The position numbers were made by a program, and so were the translations under genes. From Leucoraja erinacea (taxonomy: Eukaryota), in the NCBI RefSeq assembly GCF_028641065.1, contig NC_073404.1, positions 18,600,001 to 18,664,000 of the forward strand: DNA of 64,000 bases, written 5' to 3'. Positions 44,101-56,936 of the stretch are shown here, piece by piece. Each line of letters starts with the position of its first letter. Positions within the stretch are counted from its first letter, which is position 1. Under the pieces are notes generated by a model. The model saw only the letters and a list, made by a program, of their open reading frames with translations, was not told where the DNA came from and searched no databases.

Positions 44101-47100
44101 TATGTCGCTGTGGCAAGAAGCAAAGCCAAAAGGAACAGTGGCTCAGAATGTTTTGTTCACCAAAGACAAATTGTGCAGAAGTGCCGTTAAAAGTAAGGGG
44201 CATAAACTAAATCAAGTAAATAATCTATTAAATTGAATTTCTCTAGTGCACATCATTTACTAGTCCCATGATCTCATCATTTTTAGAAATGACCTATTTG
44301 TTGCCAAATACAAATGTCAGCTGTATCTTCCACTTCATATTTATTCAGCAGCAATAAAATGTATTTACACATTTATAATTTTAAAGATGTTAATTCTGAA
44401 TAACAACTTAATAACTGAAGGAATGGAGGGAAGAAATCCTGAATGCCATTTTGTTAAGAGCATATCACCCCCCAGAAAACAAATGGCACAATTGGTGTTT
44501 CTAAACTTTTAAATTTACTGTTTTAATGCTTAAATAAAGTGGGTATTTGGAGAAAGAGGCATTTGATCTTGTCAGATTTAAGACTACAGCATGCATAACT
44601 GGCAAGAAAGTATCACCTCAACAAAATCACACCTAGAAATCAAGCTTTTTCTTCCTTCTCTGGAGAACATTTTGACATGATGCAGTCTTTCACAGATCAT
44701 CATATCACTAATACATTGCATATTCTAGAAAGGATCAGCAGTTCAAAGCAACCATAGTTGAGTGCAATCCCATTATCATTCACCCAACAAAAACATGCCC
44801 GAGTAAAGGCATGTGAAAATGATGAGGACAGTCTCGATCACTTGGTTCTCTGGGGTTGCAGCATAGCTACCCCTAGCTGGGAGCAACTAAAACAAAAAAT
44901 ACTAAACAATGAATTGGAGATGTTATTGATTTGTATACTAAGATTTTAGTTAATGTAAGAGATACCACCACCAAATGATTTATTTAGCTATTAAACACAC
45001 TGCTTCATTATATTTAAAATTAAGGCCCTGAGTAACAAAATTAGTTAAATGTGGGTGGGTTGGGGATTCTAAGAACACATTTACCTCATGAGTACATTTC
45101 TGAAGAGAAAAAATCTTGGGAGAAATAGCCAAGTGCAAAGCAATGGAGAAAGTTGCATCTCAAAAGGAAGTTTATAAAAAAAGTGCTCTTATTTGTAAAG
45201 AAGCAGTCTGATTTTTTTGTTCCAAATAGATGTTCAATTTCAAAATTTTAGTGCCTAATCATGTATCACTCGAGATTCCACTGACTCCACAAGTCAGACT
45301 ATTCGCCGTCTAAATTCAGTGTAACTGAATGAAAACACGAGCTGTTGGCAGACACCATTGTTACGTTTTCACTACCATTCTTTTTATAATCAATAGATAA
45401 CAACCAAAGAAAATGTAATTGTTTTTTTTAATAAAAATTTTCACTTCCTTCCATTTCAAACAGAAGCCTGATGATTAATTGCTACCTGGCAATTTGGCAT
45501 CACATCCAAAAGAGTTCTTCCGTTTACACAGTATCCAGACAAAGAGCACTTTCCAGTATATATCAATGGACAGCGATTAGAAATAGAATATATGGGTCAT
45601 TTATTTTCCCTTCTGTAGTTGGGCATCCATAAAGCTAACCCAACTGTGTTCTGCTACCTCAGCAGAAATTGCAAGAGCATTCGCCTCTGCGCTTGGTGCT
45701 AATTCTAGTTTACCCCTCTCTCCAGATGAAGAAAACTGATTAATCCATCTTATTTTCATTTTAACTGTCGTGCAGCAGAAACTTCAAGTGTCAGTGCCCT
45801 GCATTATGATCAGAGAGAACCCTCGTTTCAGATCAGTCATTTTGCATTTAAATCTGGAAACAGATTTATTACAAACATTACAGCTGATTTTCGAATCCTA
45901 TCAATATACATATTAAGCAAACTTATCAGCTGTCAAAAGAAAAATGTAAAAAAGTTTGTAATTAAATGCCATCTAAATTTTTTCAATATTGTTTTGGCCC
46001 AAAGACAGGCGTGGGTATATCAGCCTATGTGCAACTTTCAGCAAGAAAAATAGTATCCCAACTGCTTTTCCACACACCATTGGTTTGTTTCCAAAACATA
46101 CTCACACCAACTTCATTCATAGTTCATATTTAAAAACCAATTTGTACATACAATTGTTTATCAGAAGTATCATACTATTTAACCAGTGTAGCGTTAAGTC
46201 TCAATGAACCAAGCTTGAAGGAACGTAGAAGGCAGTTTTTGCTTAAATATAAAAATAAAATTTATTTAGCTTTTTTTTTTTTTTTAAACAATTTTATCTA
46301 AATTTAGAAGTTGCCAATCACCCGCACACATTCATACTCAGACGTCACAAAATGGCAGCCATTATACCGGGATGAGGAGGATCCTTCAATCTGCCTAGCC
46401 ACTAGGGACCAGCAGAAATATCTTAAAATCATGCATATGGAAATATTACAAACATTCTCTGAAAATGAATTTATAAGTCATTAGATCGTAGTGTCTTCTA
46501 ATGGATAATATATCCAATCAACGATCGGGTGCTGTAAGAGAGATATTAACTTTTCATCTTCTGCAACCACCTCCTCCTAAACCCTCTCTTCATTTGTTCC
46601 CCTTCTATTGTTGCCTTTGATTTGATGAATTATGTGCAGTTCCCCACAAACTGTCTTCACGGAAGGAAGGAGACTCGTTCCAGAGATGAGGGAATGCACC
46701 ATCTCATAAAACAACCTAATGCAAGGCCTTTTCAATTACTGGATGTTTATCCAACGAGAAATATGAAGACTCCTACCAATTAAATATTGTTTGCAACATG
46801 TTAAATACCCTGGGAAGAAGGGACGGAGATAGGGTGGAGGACCAGCAGGTCAGACAAACACATCTTTTGGGGAAAATAAACTATAGAGGGGGCTATAGAA
46901 TCCAGTTTTCTCATTACATGGAGACAGCACCCTCTTCTTTCAAACATAACATTTCCAAGTGATTTAATCAAAAAACGGTGAGAATTGTGCCCTTGTTAAA
47001 TGATCCATCTGTGTGGCATATTGACTTGTATTCCTCTCTGTGCCCTGTGCTACTTTTCCAGCTCACACATGGTCATCCATCCACCAGGAGGTTGGAACAG

Positions 47101-49033
47101 ATTTCACTGGAGCAACCAAACATTCTGCATCAACCTTCTTCCTGCAGTCTGGTCACACATCCTCAAAAAAATGGAATCTATTTATGGAATTCAGGGAGGG
47201 GGGGGGGGGGGGGGGGGGGAAATAGAATAATTTGAAAATCACCGAATATTGAAATTTGAACACCAGAACTTGGGAGCCTTAAGGGATGGGATGAGGCAGG
47301 TTGCTTGCCACAATTCTGGTTTCCAATAACTAAGCCCTGCTCATGGAACAAGACTTACTAAAATTAAATATCTAGTTTTCAAAAAAAAAAATCAGATGTC
47401 ATAACCTAGCAATAAACTGGGCATACAAAGTGTAGAATAATCTCTGGGCTGGTTAAAATGGAACTTTGAAGCTCTACTCATACAAGACTATTGTGGCAAG
47501 AGTTGATAAAGAGTTTCTATAACTCTTTCTACAGTATCCCACCAGTTGTAGAAAGTACTATTTGATGCAATTAGATATACCCAGCTTGGTTATTTCTTCT
47601 AATTAAATCTAAAGACACTAAAGATTATTCAAAAAGGTTGATGAATCACTTTTTAAAAAAGATTTGAAAAATTAACTTGTTTTTCCATAAAATTAAAATA
47701 GGCACATTTCAGAGCTGCACCCAAAATAAGATGCAAATATCTAGTTGCGATTAAAATATACATAGTATACACGTACAATTCTCAACAATGCCAGCCAAAA
47801 TTTTGGTATAAGCTGAAGTAATTTGTATTTTTTCTTTAAACATTATAGCACCAGACTTCTGAAAATCCTTTTTTTTTTGAGAGTCCAACACTGTACAGTG
47901 GGAACCACCTCCAAAACTAGTCATGACTGCCATTTCTCCAGAGAACACTGCTCAATGTGTCACGCAATTATAGAGCAAAACACTATCACAGATTAGCAAG
48001 AGTCAGATTAACATATATCCAATGAACCAGCCAGATCCGGCATTACTAACATGCCGCCACACATACATTGACATTTTTCCTCCAAACTCGATTCACTGAG
48101 TAAAGACATGAGATATACAAGCAAACACTGATAACATTACTGTATGTAAAAAAAAACTGACAGCTTGGGGGAGTGGGGGAGAAAGGGAGGAAAGAGGAGT
48201 TAGGAAAGGAAAGCAATTTGGTTTTGTTTCCCTAACCCAACTAAACAGACTTAAAATCCACTCACAGGAACAAAAAAAAAAGGAGAGGTAGGTTGCTTAG
48301 CAAAAGATGTTGAGAAGAAACTCAAACAGCGTTAACGATTTCTTAGCCCAAAAACAAAAAGGTTACAGAAAGATTTAGATTTCTTGACAGAAATATTCAA
48401 ACTGAATAAGTGTTTTCAAGGGAGGGGGAAAAGGATGAAGAGAATTTAACATCCGCCTCCAGTTCAGTTTGCCTTTTGACCCAGACACCACAGAAAAATG
48501 GTGCTGTTGCAGGGAATTGTGCCCTTAAATGATTCCCCCCCACTCCCTCCCCTCCCAAAAAAAGGAAGTGCAGCAGTACGTACTAAAAAAGGGTCAGTCC
48601 AGAAAAGTTCTCAAATCGCATCTTACAGCAACCTTTAAAATAGAAAATTTCAAGTAAAGCTATGTTTGTTGCTTACGTGTCAACCATTACTGCTGCACCC
48701 TGAACTAAACTCAGATCACCATTCTGCAATGGTTAGTTTTGAAAAAAGTATACAAACTTAAGACAAGGACTTCACTGTAGTCCAATGAGCTTCTCGCATT
48801 GTTGCAGCAATTTTTTTTCAGCAGCCATAAGCCATTTGTTCTGACAGTTCAAGCCCAGAAAAAAAGACGTAAATTTAAACAGAATTTTTCTCAAGTATAT
48901 ATTGTCATCTTTTGAGGTCAGTTGCCTGCACATCCACGACTGGCGTTGTTTAGGGTACAAAAGTAAAAAGTGGTAATTGTTTCAGAATAGTCAACATGTA
49001 ATGTTCATTTGCACTATTCACATTTCCAAATGT

Positions 49034-49128
49034 CTATCGCTTCCGTATGTGCTGCCGTCTAGCCTGCAATCTCTGTCTGCCTCCAGTAGATCGAGATCCA
49101 GCTCCTATAGAAAAGGCCGGTGTTGCTG
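49034..49128 (-). CDS. POM121: POM121 terminal coding exon
   Basis: TCTCTCAG|CAG...[30 protein letters not shown]; NAGNAG acceptor. Confidence 0.93.
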
Positions 49129-52100
49129 CTGAGAGAGAAAGAATTGATGTTGGATGGTTAATAACATGTGGAAATTCTTCTTCCTAGACCCGAAACATTC
49201 CTAGATATTACTTCTGTCTCCTGACAAGAGTGTCTGTGTCTTTTTGTTCCTTATATAAGATGACTTAGGAGAATACAACCAGAGACAATGGATAAGGGAA
49301 CAAAACAGAGCACAGACAGAACAATTGAAAGTTAACTCAGCAAAGATTGAGCAATCCAAGTATACGGTAACAATTGCCACAAAGGCACAACTTGTTTTCC
49401 TCTCATAAATGCATCCGAAATGTTGACCATTTCCAGCATTTTATTGTAGCTGGTTAATGCATTCACGACCCCCTTGCAACCAAGTCTCCGTAATGCCACA
49501 ATTCCATGGTCCCAAGCACTGATCCAGACTCCAGCTGCTTTACCCATAATACTCCTTGCATTGAAATAAACACACACAAGTCCTTCAGTTTCAGCATACT
49601 CTTTAATCTCTCCTGCCTGAACTTCATTTGAGACTTACTGATCATAATTTCTACCTTCCTATCAGTCCAAACATTCACTGACATCCTGCCCTTGTTCCCA
49701 TCCCTCCTGCCAATCTAATTTAAACCCTCCTGAGTAAAGAACCTCTGCAAATATATTGATCCCCCTCTAGCTCAGGTGCAACTGGTCCCTCTTGTACAGT
49801 TCACCCAAACTCAGAAGAGATCCCAATAGACAAAAAATCTGAAACCTTGCACCAACTCCTGAGCCACACATACATCTGTCCTACCTTCCTATTCCTACCC
49901 TCGCTAACACATGGCACCAGGAGATGACTACCTTTGAGGTCCTGCTTTTTAACCGTTTGCCTATCCTAAGTGAACTCCTGAGTGATCCTAAATTTCATGA
50001 ACTTGTTTAATTGTTTCATCACATTTTGATTCCTGCCTAAAGGAATAAAGCAACATCGTTTGATATGAGACAAATTCAGAATACAGATTCAAATCAAACA
50101 AACCGCAAATAAATTTTAAAATAAAATGAATTTCAAAATGTCAAAACCTGACCGATATGCTGGAAGTTTTAAAACCAAAGGACGTGCAGACCGAACCCAA
50201 ACTTGCTTTTACTAATGTGGTGGATGAAACGCCCTTGAATTAACTAGCAAACCACCAAGCAGCATCAAATCTACACCAATTAGTGTAGTGATTCAATGGC
50301 TCGACACCTTTTACAGGACAACAAAAAACAGTCAGTAATTACTAATGTTAGCTACATCCTGAAGATGAACAAAGTGTTTCTAATTACACAAACAAAATGG
50401 TGGATTTTCTCACCAAAAGCCGATGCCGCTGCTGTGCCTGTTCCTGGACTCCCAAAGTTCGATGCTGGAGTATTAGTGGTCCCAAAGGAAAAATTTGCAG
50501 TTGGAGTACTCTGTCCAAACCCAGGTGCAGTAGTCCCTGGAAGAACAACATAACAATGGGAGCATCTGTTAAATATCGACTTTATGCAGAAATAGTAGCT
50601 AGTACTAAAATATCCATTCGAAAACTGCAGTTGCAGATTTCCTACTTTCCAATCCCACTATATCTAGCCTCTTCCTCCAGGTATTTATTCCCTTTTTTAC
50701 ATCATTCAACAAAGTAATGACTTTCCTGCTGATCTCATGATTCCCTCAACATCTAACATTCTAATAATTTCCACTTTTAATGCACACTTTAATGGACACA
50801 ATGATGGATTCTAGCTCTCGAGGGAGAATAGTTCCCAAAATTCACAACCAACGGTAATAAAATTCCTCAGCTTGGAATAAATGGCTGACAAATCTGCAAC
50901 TGAAGAATGAAGTAACTTATTCAGCAAAATGAAATATTGATATGTAAGATATATCCCACAAATGGGAGGATATTAGGTGATGTGAAGAAACAGAGGGTCC
51001 TTGAACAGTACATTCACAGATCCTTGCAAGCAGAACAGATTACTAATGTGGTTTAAAAGGCAGGTAACATGCTTTATTTGTTGAGGCACAAAACCAGGTT
51101 ACATTAGAAACATAAACAACACTAGTTGGGCCATTGCTTGAGCACAGTTGCAGTTATTACATTTCTTACTACTGTAAAAGGACATGAGTGATGTACATAT
51201 AGTAATTATTGGCAACTGGAAGACTGCTGTCGATGGTCAGGGTCCCTGGTTGCTGACTGATAAGGAGGACATGAGAAAAGGCAAGGACAAAGGTCAGCTG
51301 GCTGTGAAGAAGGCCCTGGGGCAACAACGGGATGGAAGTTTCCATTATCTCAGTCCACTGCCTTCAGTTGCAGAGACAGTCAAAGCCAGAATGGGGCTCC
51401 GAAGGCACATCAAAGCATGCTCAAAACTGTTGCGCAAAACATATAATCTGTTGTCCCAGGGGAGTGACGAAATGATGCCACAAGGTCTTTTTTACAGTTC
51501 TGGGCACCATGGCAGGAAACAAGTGATTACCATGAGAGGGAGCAGAATATCTTTGCAAAGATGTTGCCAGGACTGGGAGATTTTAGATACATGGAAAGAT
51601 TGGATAACTGGGGTTTTCCATTGAAACAGAGGAGGAAAAGGCAGACAAACAGAGTTGCTGAAAATATGATATTCCCATTTCCTTTAGCAAAGTAGTCAAA
51701 TAAGAGATACAGTTTTGAAAGAACAGGGCAAAGAATTAGCTTGTGATAGGGCTGTTGACAGCTGGTTGAGGCAGAATGGCTCAGCACATTTTAGAAAAGC
51801 ATTTGACATACAGTTGAAATGCTGTGAACATCAGAATTATGGCCCAAACACTCCATTGTGGGATTAAGTTTGCTCTTTCATCATCAGCAGATATATAATT
51901 ATAGCACCATCATAGTCATACAGCATAGAAACAGAACATTTGGCCCAACTCAAACATGCCAACCAAACTGCCCCAACTAAGCTACTTCAATTTGCCTGCC
52001 TTTGGCCCATATCCCTCTAAACCTTTCCTATTTATGCACCAGTCCAAATGTCTTTTGATTGTTGTTACTTCGTGGGCCTCAACTAATTCCTCTGGCAGCT

Positions 52101-55100
52101 CATTCCATATACCCATCATTCTCAGTATGAAAAAATTGCTCACCAGGATCTGATTAAATCTTAGGTCGACACAAAATGCTGGAGTAACTCAGTAGTAACA
52201 GGCAGCATCTCCAGAGAGAAGGAATGGGTGACGTTTCGGGTCAAAACCCTTCTTCAGACTGAATTTCCTATTAAACAATTTCCTATTAAAACTGAATTTC
52301 CTATTAAATTTTTCTCCCCTCACCGTAAGCCTATATCCTTTCGTCCTCAATCCCCCGATCTTGGAAAAAAGACTAATTGCATTCATACTTTCTATTCCCT
52401 TCATGATCCTAACATAACTTGTGTCCAAAATCTATTTGAAATAATGCATTTCCAAATCCTTATCCTATCCATGATGCTCATTCCAAATTATTGCACCTTG
52501 TGCTAAAGCACTGGACACCCTGGAACAATCAAGCTTTGGAAACTGACATGGTAACACTTTCTATCAATTCTTGTCGAATTTCATCTTCTTCTTGCATATG
52601 GCGTGCACAGCCTAAAGTTGTAGGACAACTTGTTCTATTTGATCTTATTTGACTGTGCACGCCGGGTGGATTGCATTTGTCAAACAGGGCGGACCACGTG
52701 AAGGTTGCAATCTTCCACCCCGTCGAATTTCATGGGGCAAGAATATATTAAAAATGGAAAAAACATTTACACTATTGCTCACATTGTCATTATTGAAATT
52801 CAAGATAATAGTTCTATTGTCTATTTGAAAAAAATTGCAAAGTGAACATACTTCTCTAACATAAATAGCACTAAAGCAAAGAGTACCATATCGAAACAAA
52901 ATAACCTTCCTTCCATCTACACTTCACATTGCTCCTACAAGGCCACATTCGTAATCATGGATCAGTCTCTCCAAGGATACTCCCTCTTCTTCCCTCTCCC
53001 ATCAGGCAAGAGGTACAGACGTGTGAAAACACATACCTCCAGATTCAGGGACAGTTTCTTCGTAGCTGTTATTAGACAACTGAAGTATCCAATCACCAAC
53101 TAGAGAACTGCCCTGACCTACCATATACCTCATTGGAGATCCTCAGACTATCTTTAAGCAGACTTTACTGCACTTTATCTTGCACCAAACATTATTCCCT
53201 TTATCCTGCAACTGTACAGGTTCGATTGTAATCGTGTATAGTCTTTCCACTGACTGGATAGCACTCAACGGGCAGCATGGTGGCATAGCGGTAGAGCTAC
53301 TGCCTTACAGCGCCAGAGACCCGGGTTCGATCCCGATTACGGGTGCTATTTATACGGAGTTTCTACGTTCTCCCCATGACCTGCATGGGTTTTCTCCAAG
53401 ATCTTCAGTTTCCACCCACGTTCCAAAGACGTACAGGTTTGTAGGTTAATTGGCTTGGTGTAAATGTAAATTGTCCCTAGTGCGTGTGGGATAGTGTTAA
53501 CGTGCAGGGATCGCTGATCAGTGCGGACTCGGTGGGCGTGTTTCCACGGTGTATTTCTAACCTAAACCAAAAAAAAAAACTTTTCACTGAACCTCAATAC
53601 TTTTGACAAACTAAAATACCGTAACAAAGATAGAATATCATGAGAACATTCTTCTGTTCAAGGTCAATAAGATCTACATTTCCTGCTAATTCCAAAGTAT
53701 TAACAAGGAAAATAACTAAAGGTCATTGGCCATGCAAAGCATTCCCTAGCAACAAAAGCCCCCACTTCCAAACAGCAGCGAAAAATACCATAAAGAGAGG
53801 TGCAGTTACAACACAGACATAGAATCTGCTTGAACAAATTAAAGCAGCTCAACGTGTGTCACATACAAATTTTGATAATCATTAACTTTGCAGAAAAGCG
53901 TATTTTTCATAAAAGTACTCGCTCATCAGATATATGTGCAACATCAGGTTTGGATTGTTATTCCATATCTGCAGTGACAGTGTAATTAAACATAGTATTT
54001 GAAATTGACTTAAGATCCCATGACCTGCGTGGGTTTTCTCCAAGATCTTCAGTTTCCACCCACGTTCCAAAGACGTACAGGTTTGTTGGTAAATTGGCTT
54101 GGTATAAATGTAAATTGCCCCAAGTGTATGTGGGATAGTATTAATTTGCGGGTATCACTGGTCAGTGCGAGCTCGGTGGGTCAAAGGGCCTATTTCCGCA
54201 TTGTATCTCTAAACTAAAAAAAAAAATCAGTTTACAGGATAAAAATATGGCATTTTCCGTAAGATTCTGTAATGCACAAATGACTGCATTTGCATTGTCA
54301 GATGACGTCTAAACTGTGTCCTTGAAATTAAACTGAGAGCAGCTATCTCAACATTAATACAACCAAATTGGTTTCTTTACAAGTCATGGGTTAATTAATG
54401 CAAGTAATATATTGTCCTGACCAAGGAATTATCATTAAAATGCTATTTTAAATTGACATTCATTTTCAAACAATGCCTACAAAGAATGTGAACTGGCTGA
54501 CAGTTTTAGTTTCAGGACAAAGAGGTAAATTCAGTCAAATATGGCACAAAATTATTTAAAAAAAACTCTTCATGAAGTGTCTCAATCTGAAATATCAACT
54601 CTTTTTCAACAGATTCCACCCTTTGAGTGCTTCTAACATTTTATTTTTATTTCTGCATTCATCAGGTCAAGGCTGATTTGATCACTAGTCTCAACTCTAC
54701 TTTCCTGCTTGGCCTGAAAAACCGTTGATTCCCCCATTGTCCAACAATCTCCCTCAGCTTTCATACCCAGCATCCACAATTCATCCAAAACAGGTTTAGA
54801 AACATAGAAAATAGGTGCAGGAGGAGGCCGTTCGTCCCTTCGAGCCAGCACCGCCATTCGTTGTGATGATGGCTGATCGTCCCCAATCAATAACCCGTGC
54901 CTGCCTTCTCCCCATATCCTTTGATTCTACTAGCCCCCAGAGCTCTGTCTAACTTTGTGGAGATTCAGTTTATAATTATACCCAAGACATATTGATAGAT
55001 TGTTCAAATATTATGGGGGTTAAGAGATATGGGATTATAGAAAGGTGGTGCTGGAATACAAGATAAGTTTCAATCCTACTGACTTGCATGCAAACACAAA

Positions 55101-56936
55101 GATCAATTGGCCCACAATTGTTTCTATTCCTTACATTCTTAATGTGACTTCAGTATTCAAGCAGACAGCAACGTACATTAACAAAATCCTTAGTGTAAAG
55201 CTGGAACTGCAGATAGCTGCTTTGCATCAAGGTAGAATTTCTTCCAATGACAGCTTGTAATTAGCACTTAACTCTACTTAGTCCCTCCCCGATTCCTCTT
55301 GAAGTGCTGGTCAGCTGTCGTCTTGAACCACTTCAATCCATTTGGAAAATGCTGTCTATAGTGTAATATGGTAAAGAGTTCCATGATTTAGACTCAATGG
55401 TGGATAAGAAATGCATTTTTAATATGGGTGATTTGAGATTTAATGAAAATGAGCAGGTGATGCCACTTTCTTGTGCCTGCTATCCTTGACGCTCCTGGAT
55501 CATGGGTTTGAGAATTGTTTTGCATCAAGTCTAGGCAAGCAACCGCAGTGTATTTTGTAGATGACACAGTAACCACTACGCACCTATAGTGGAGAAAGTG
55601 AATGTTTGGGATGATAGCTACGGTGTCAATGAAATATTTTGTTTTGTCCTGGCTTTAAGCAACTTGAATTTTGATCAAGCATTTATCCAGGCACATGGTG
55701 AACATTCTGCCACATTTTTGTTATCTGAAAATGGATGGTTCAAGATGTCAGGGGATAATTCATCCTATATGACACAGCACTCTCACTTCTTACCTTTGTT
55801 TATGGCATGTTTGCCATCACAGTGAGAGGTTTTGAGTATAGGAGCAAGGTGGTCTTACTGCAGTTGTACAGGGCCCTGGTGAGATCACCTATTGTGTGCA
55901 GTTTTGGTCTACTAATTTGAAGGACATTCTTGCTATTCAGGGAGTGCAGCATAGGTTCATCAGGTTAATTCCCAGGATGGCAGGTCTGACATATGATGAA
56001 AGAATGGGTCGACTGGGCTTGTATTCACTGGAATTTAAAAGGACGAGAGGGGATCTTATAGGAACATTAAATTCTTAAGGGATTGGACAGGCTAGATGCA
56101 GGAACAATGTTCCCGATATTGGGGGAGTCCAATACCAGGGGTCACAGTTCAAGAATAAGGGGTAGGCCATGTTGGACTAAGACGAAGAAAAACTTTTTCA
56201 CCCAGGGAGTTGTGAATCTGTGGAATTCTTTGCCACAGAAGGCAGTGGTGGCCAATTCACTGGATGTTTTCAAGAGAGTTAGATTTAACTCGGGGTTAAC
56301 AGAATCAAGGGATATGGGGGGGAAGCCCATATGTACCCAAGCAGGAACAGGGTACTGATTTTTGGATGATCAGCCATGATCATATTGACTGACTCGAAGG
56401 GTCGAATGGCCTACTTCTGGACCTATTTTCTATGTTTCTGCTTACACTTAGAAAGAACCAACTGATTTTCTTCGGCGAATTAAGGCACATACAACAATAA
56501 TGCAACTAAAGCCAACTATTATAAACATGATTTTGCAATAAATCAGTATCTAATATGAAACACAATGATAAAGGTGAGAACGTTTCATCCTCATGTATGC
56601 AAATTCATCCTGTCAATTGTGTTCACATGCTGCACAGCCGTACCTGCGACCTGTGTTAAGTGAAAATCAACTGCCGAAGCAGTAGCTAAAGATGTTAGCA
56701 ACTGCTACTTCTATAGAATCTATGCTGTATTTATTAAGCAACTTGCCTTGTTGGAGTAAACAGCAGAGGTGTTAGAAACACATCAAAAAGATTTTCCAAA
56801 GCGCATATTTCTTTTTGCTTACAAGTTCTCATTGCTAGAAAGCAACTAATAGTGAGCAGCTAAAGCTTACAGAACACTGTAGTATTCATGAACTTACCAG
56901 TTCCAAAATTCAAACTGGGAGTTCCAAAGTTGAACC
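49034..56936 (-). CDS. POM121: Nucleoporin POM121, last three coding exons (gene continues beyond the window)
   Basis: Exons 56936-56898, 50536-50414 and 49128-49034; phase-1 GT-AG introns. FG repeats and the diagnostic C-terminus [26 protein letters not shown]. Convergent with NSUN5 as in mammals. Confidence 0.9.
49440..49970 (-). mobile_element. Old CR1 fragment (ORF1/ORF2 junction)
   Basis: [12 protein letters not shown] on minus strand; LYKRD.LHL-like ORF1 remnant. Confidence 0.75.
50414..50536 (-). CDS. POM121: POM121 penultimate exon (FG repeats)
   Basis: TTCCAG|[41 protein letters not shown]|GTGAGA. Confidence 0.9.
52585..52721 (-). mobile_element. Ribozyme-headed short retroposon, copy C
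   Basis: TSD GTCGAATTTCAT at 52573-52584 and 52722-52733; tail GCAAGAAGAAG on minus strand. Confidence 0.9.
52669..52721 (-). ncRNA. Minimal HDV-like ribozyme (copy C, core intact)
   Basis: GGGGTGG-AA-GATTGCA-ACC-TTCACGT-GGT-CCGCCCT-GT-TTGA-CAAA-TGCAATC. Confidence 0.82.
53270..53570 (+). mobile_element. tRNA-derived SINE (HE1/V-SINE-like), full length
   Basis: A box TGGCATAGCGG, B box GGTTCGATCCC, V-domain, CR1-like 3' end; a partial sister copy lies at ~54018-54218. Confidence 0.88.
55830..56440 (+). mobile_element. CR1 LINE 3' fragment
   Basis: [45 protein letters not shown]; CCTATTTTCTATGTTTC tail. Confidence 0.9.
56898..56936 (-). CDS. POM121: POM121 39-nt FG microexon
   Basis: TTTTGTTTCATTAG|GGTTCAACTTTGGAACTCCCAGTTTGAATTTTGGAACTG|GTAAGT = (G)[12 protein letters not shown](G); phase 1-1. 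Confidence 0.75.

Noticed and set aside
47194-47219. Poly-G run (poly-C runs also at ~24673 and ~26394)
   Set aside because: Homopolymer tracts of uncertain length; G-quadruplex potential alone is uninformative.
51184-51624. 146-aa ORF in a POM121 intron
   Set aside because: Mosaic of degenerate LINE sequence with no domain; antisense to POM121.
53270-53345. tRNA-like A/B boxes as a tRNA gene
   Set aside because: Continues into a SINE body and tail, is multi-copy in the window, and has no complete cloverleaf.
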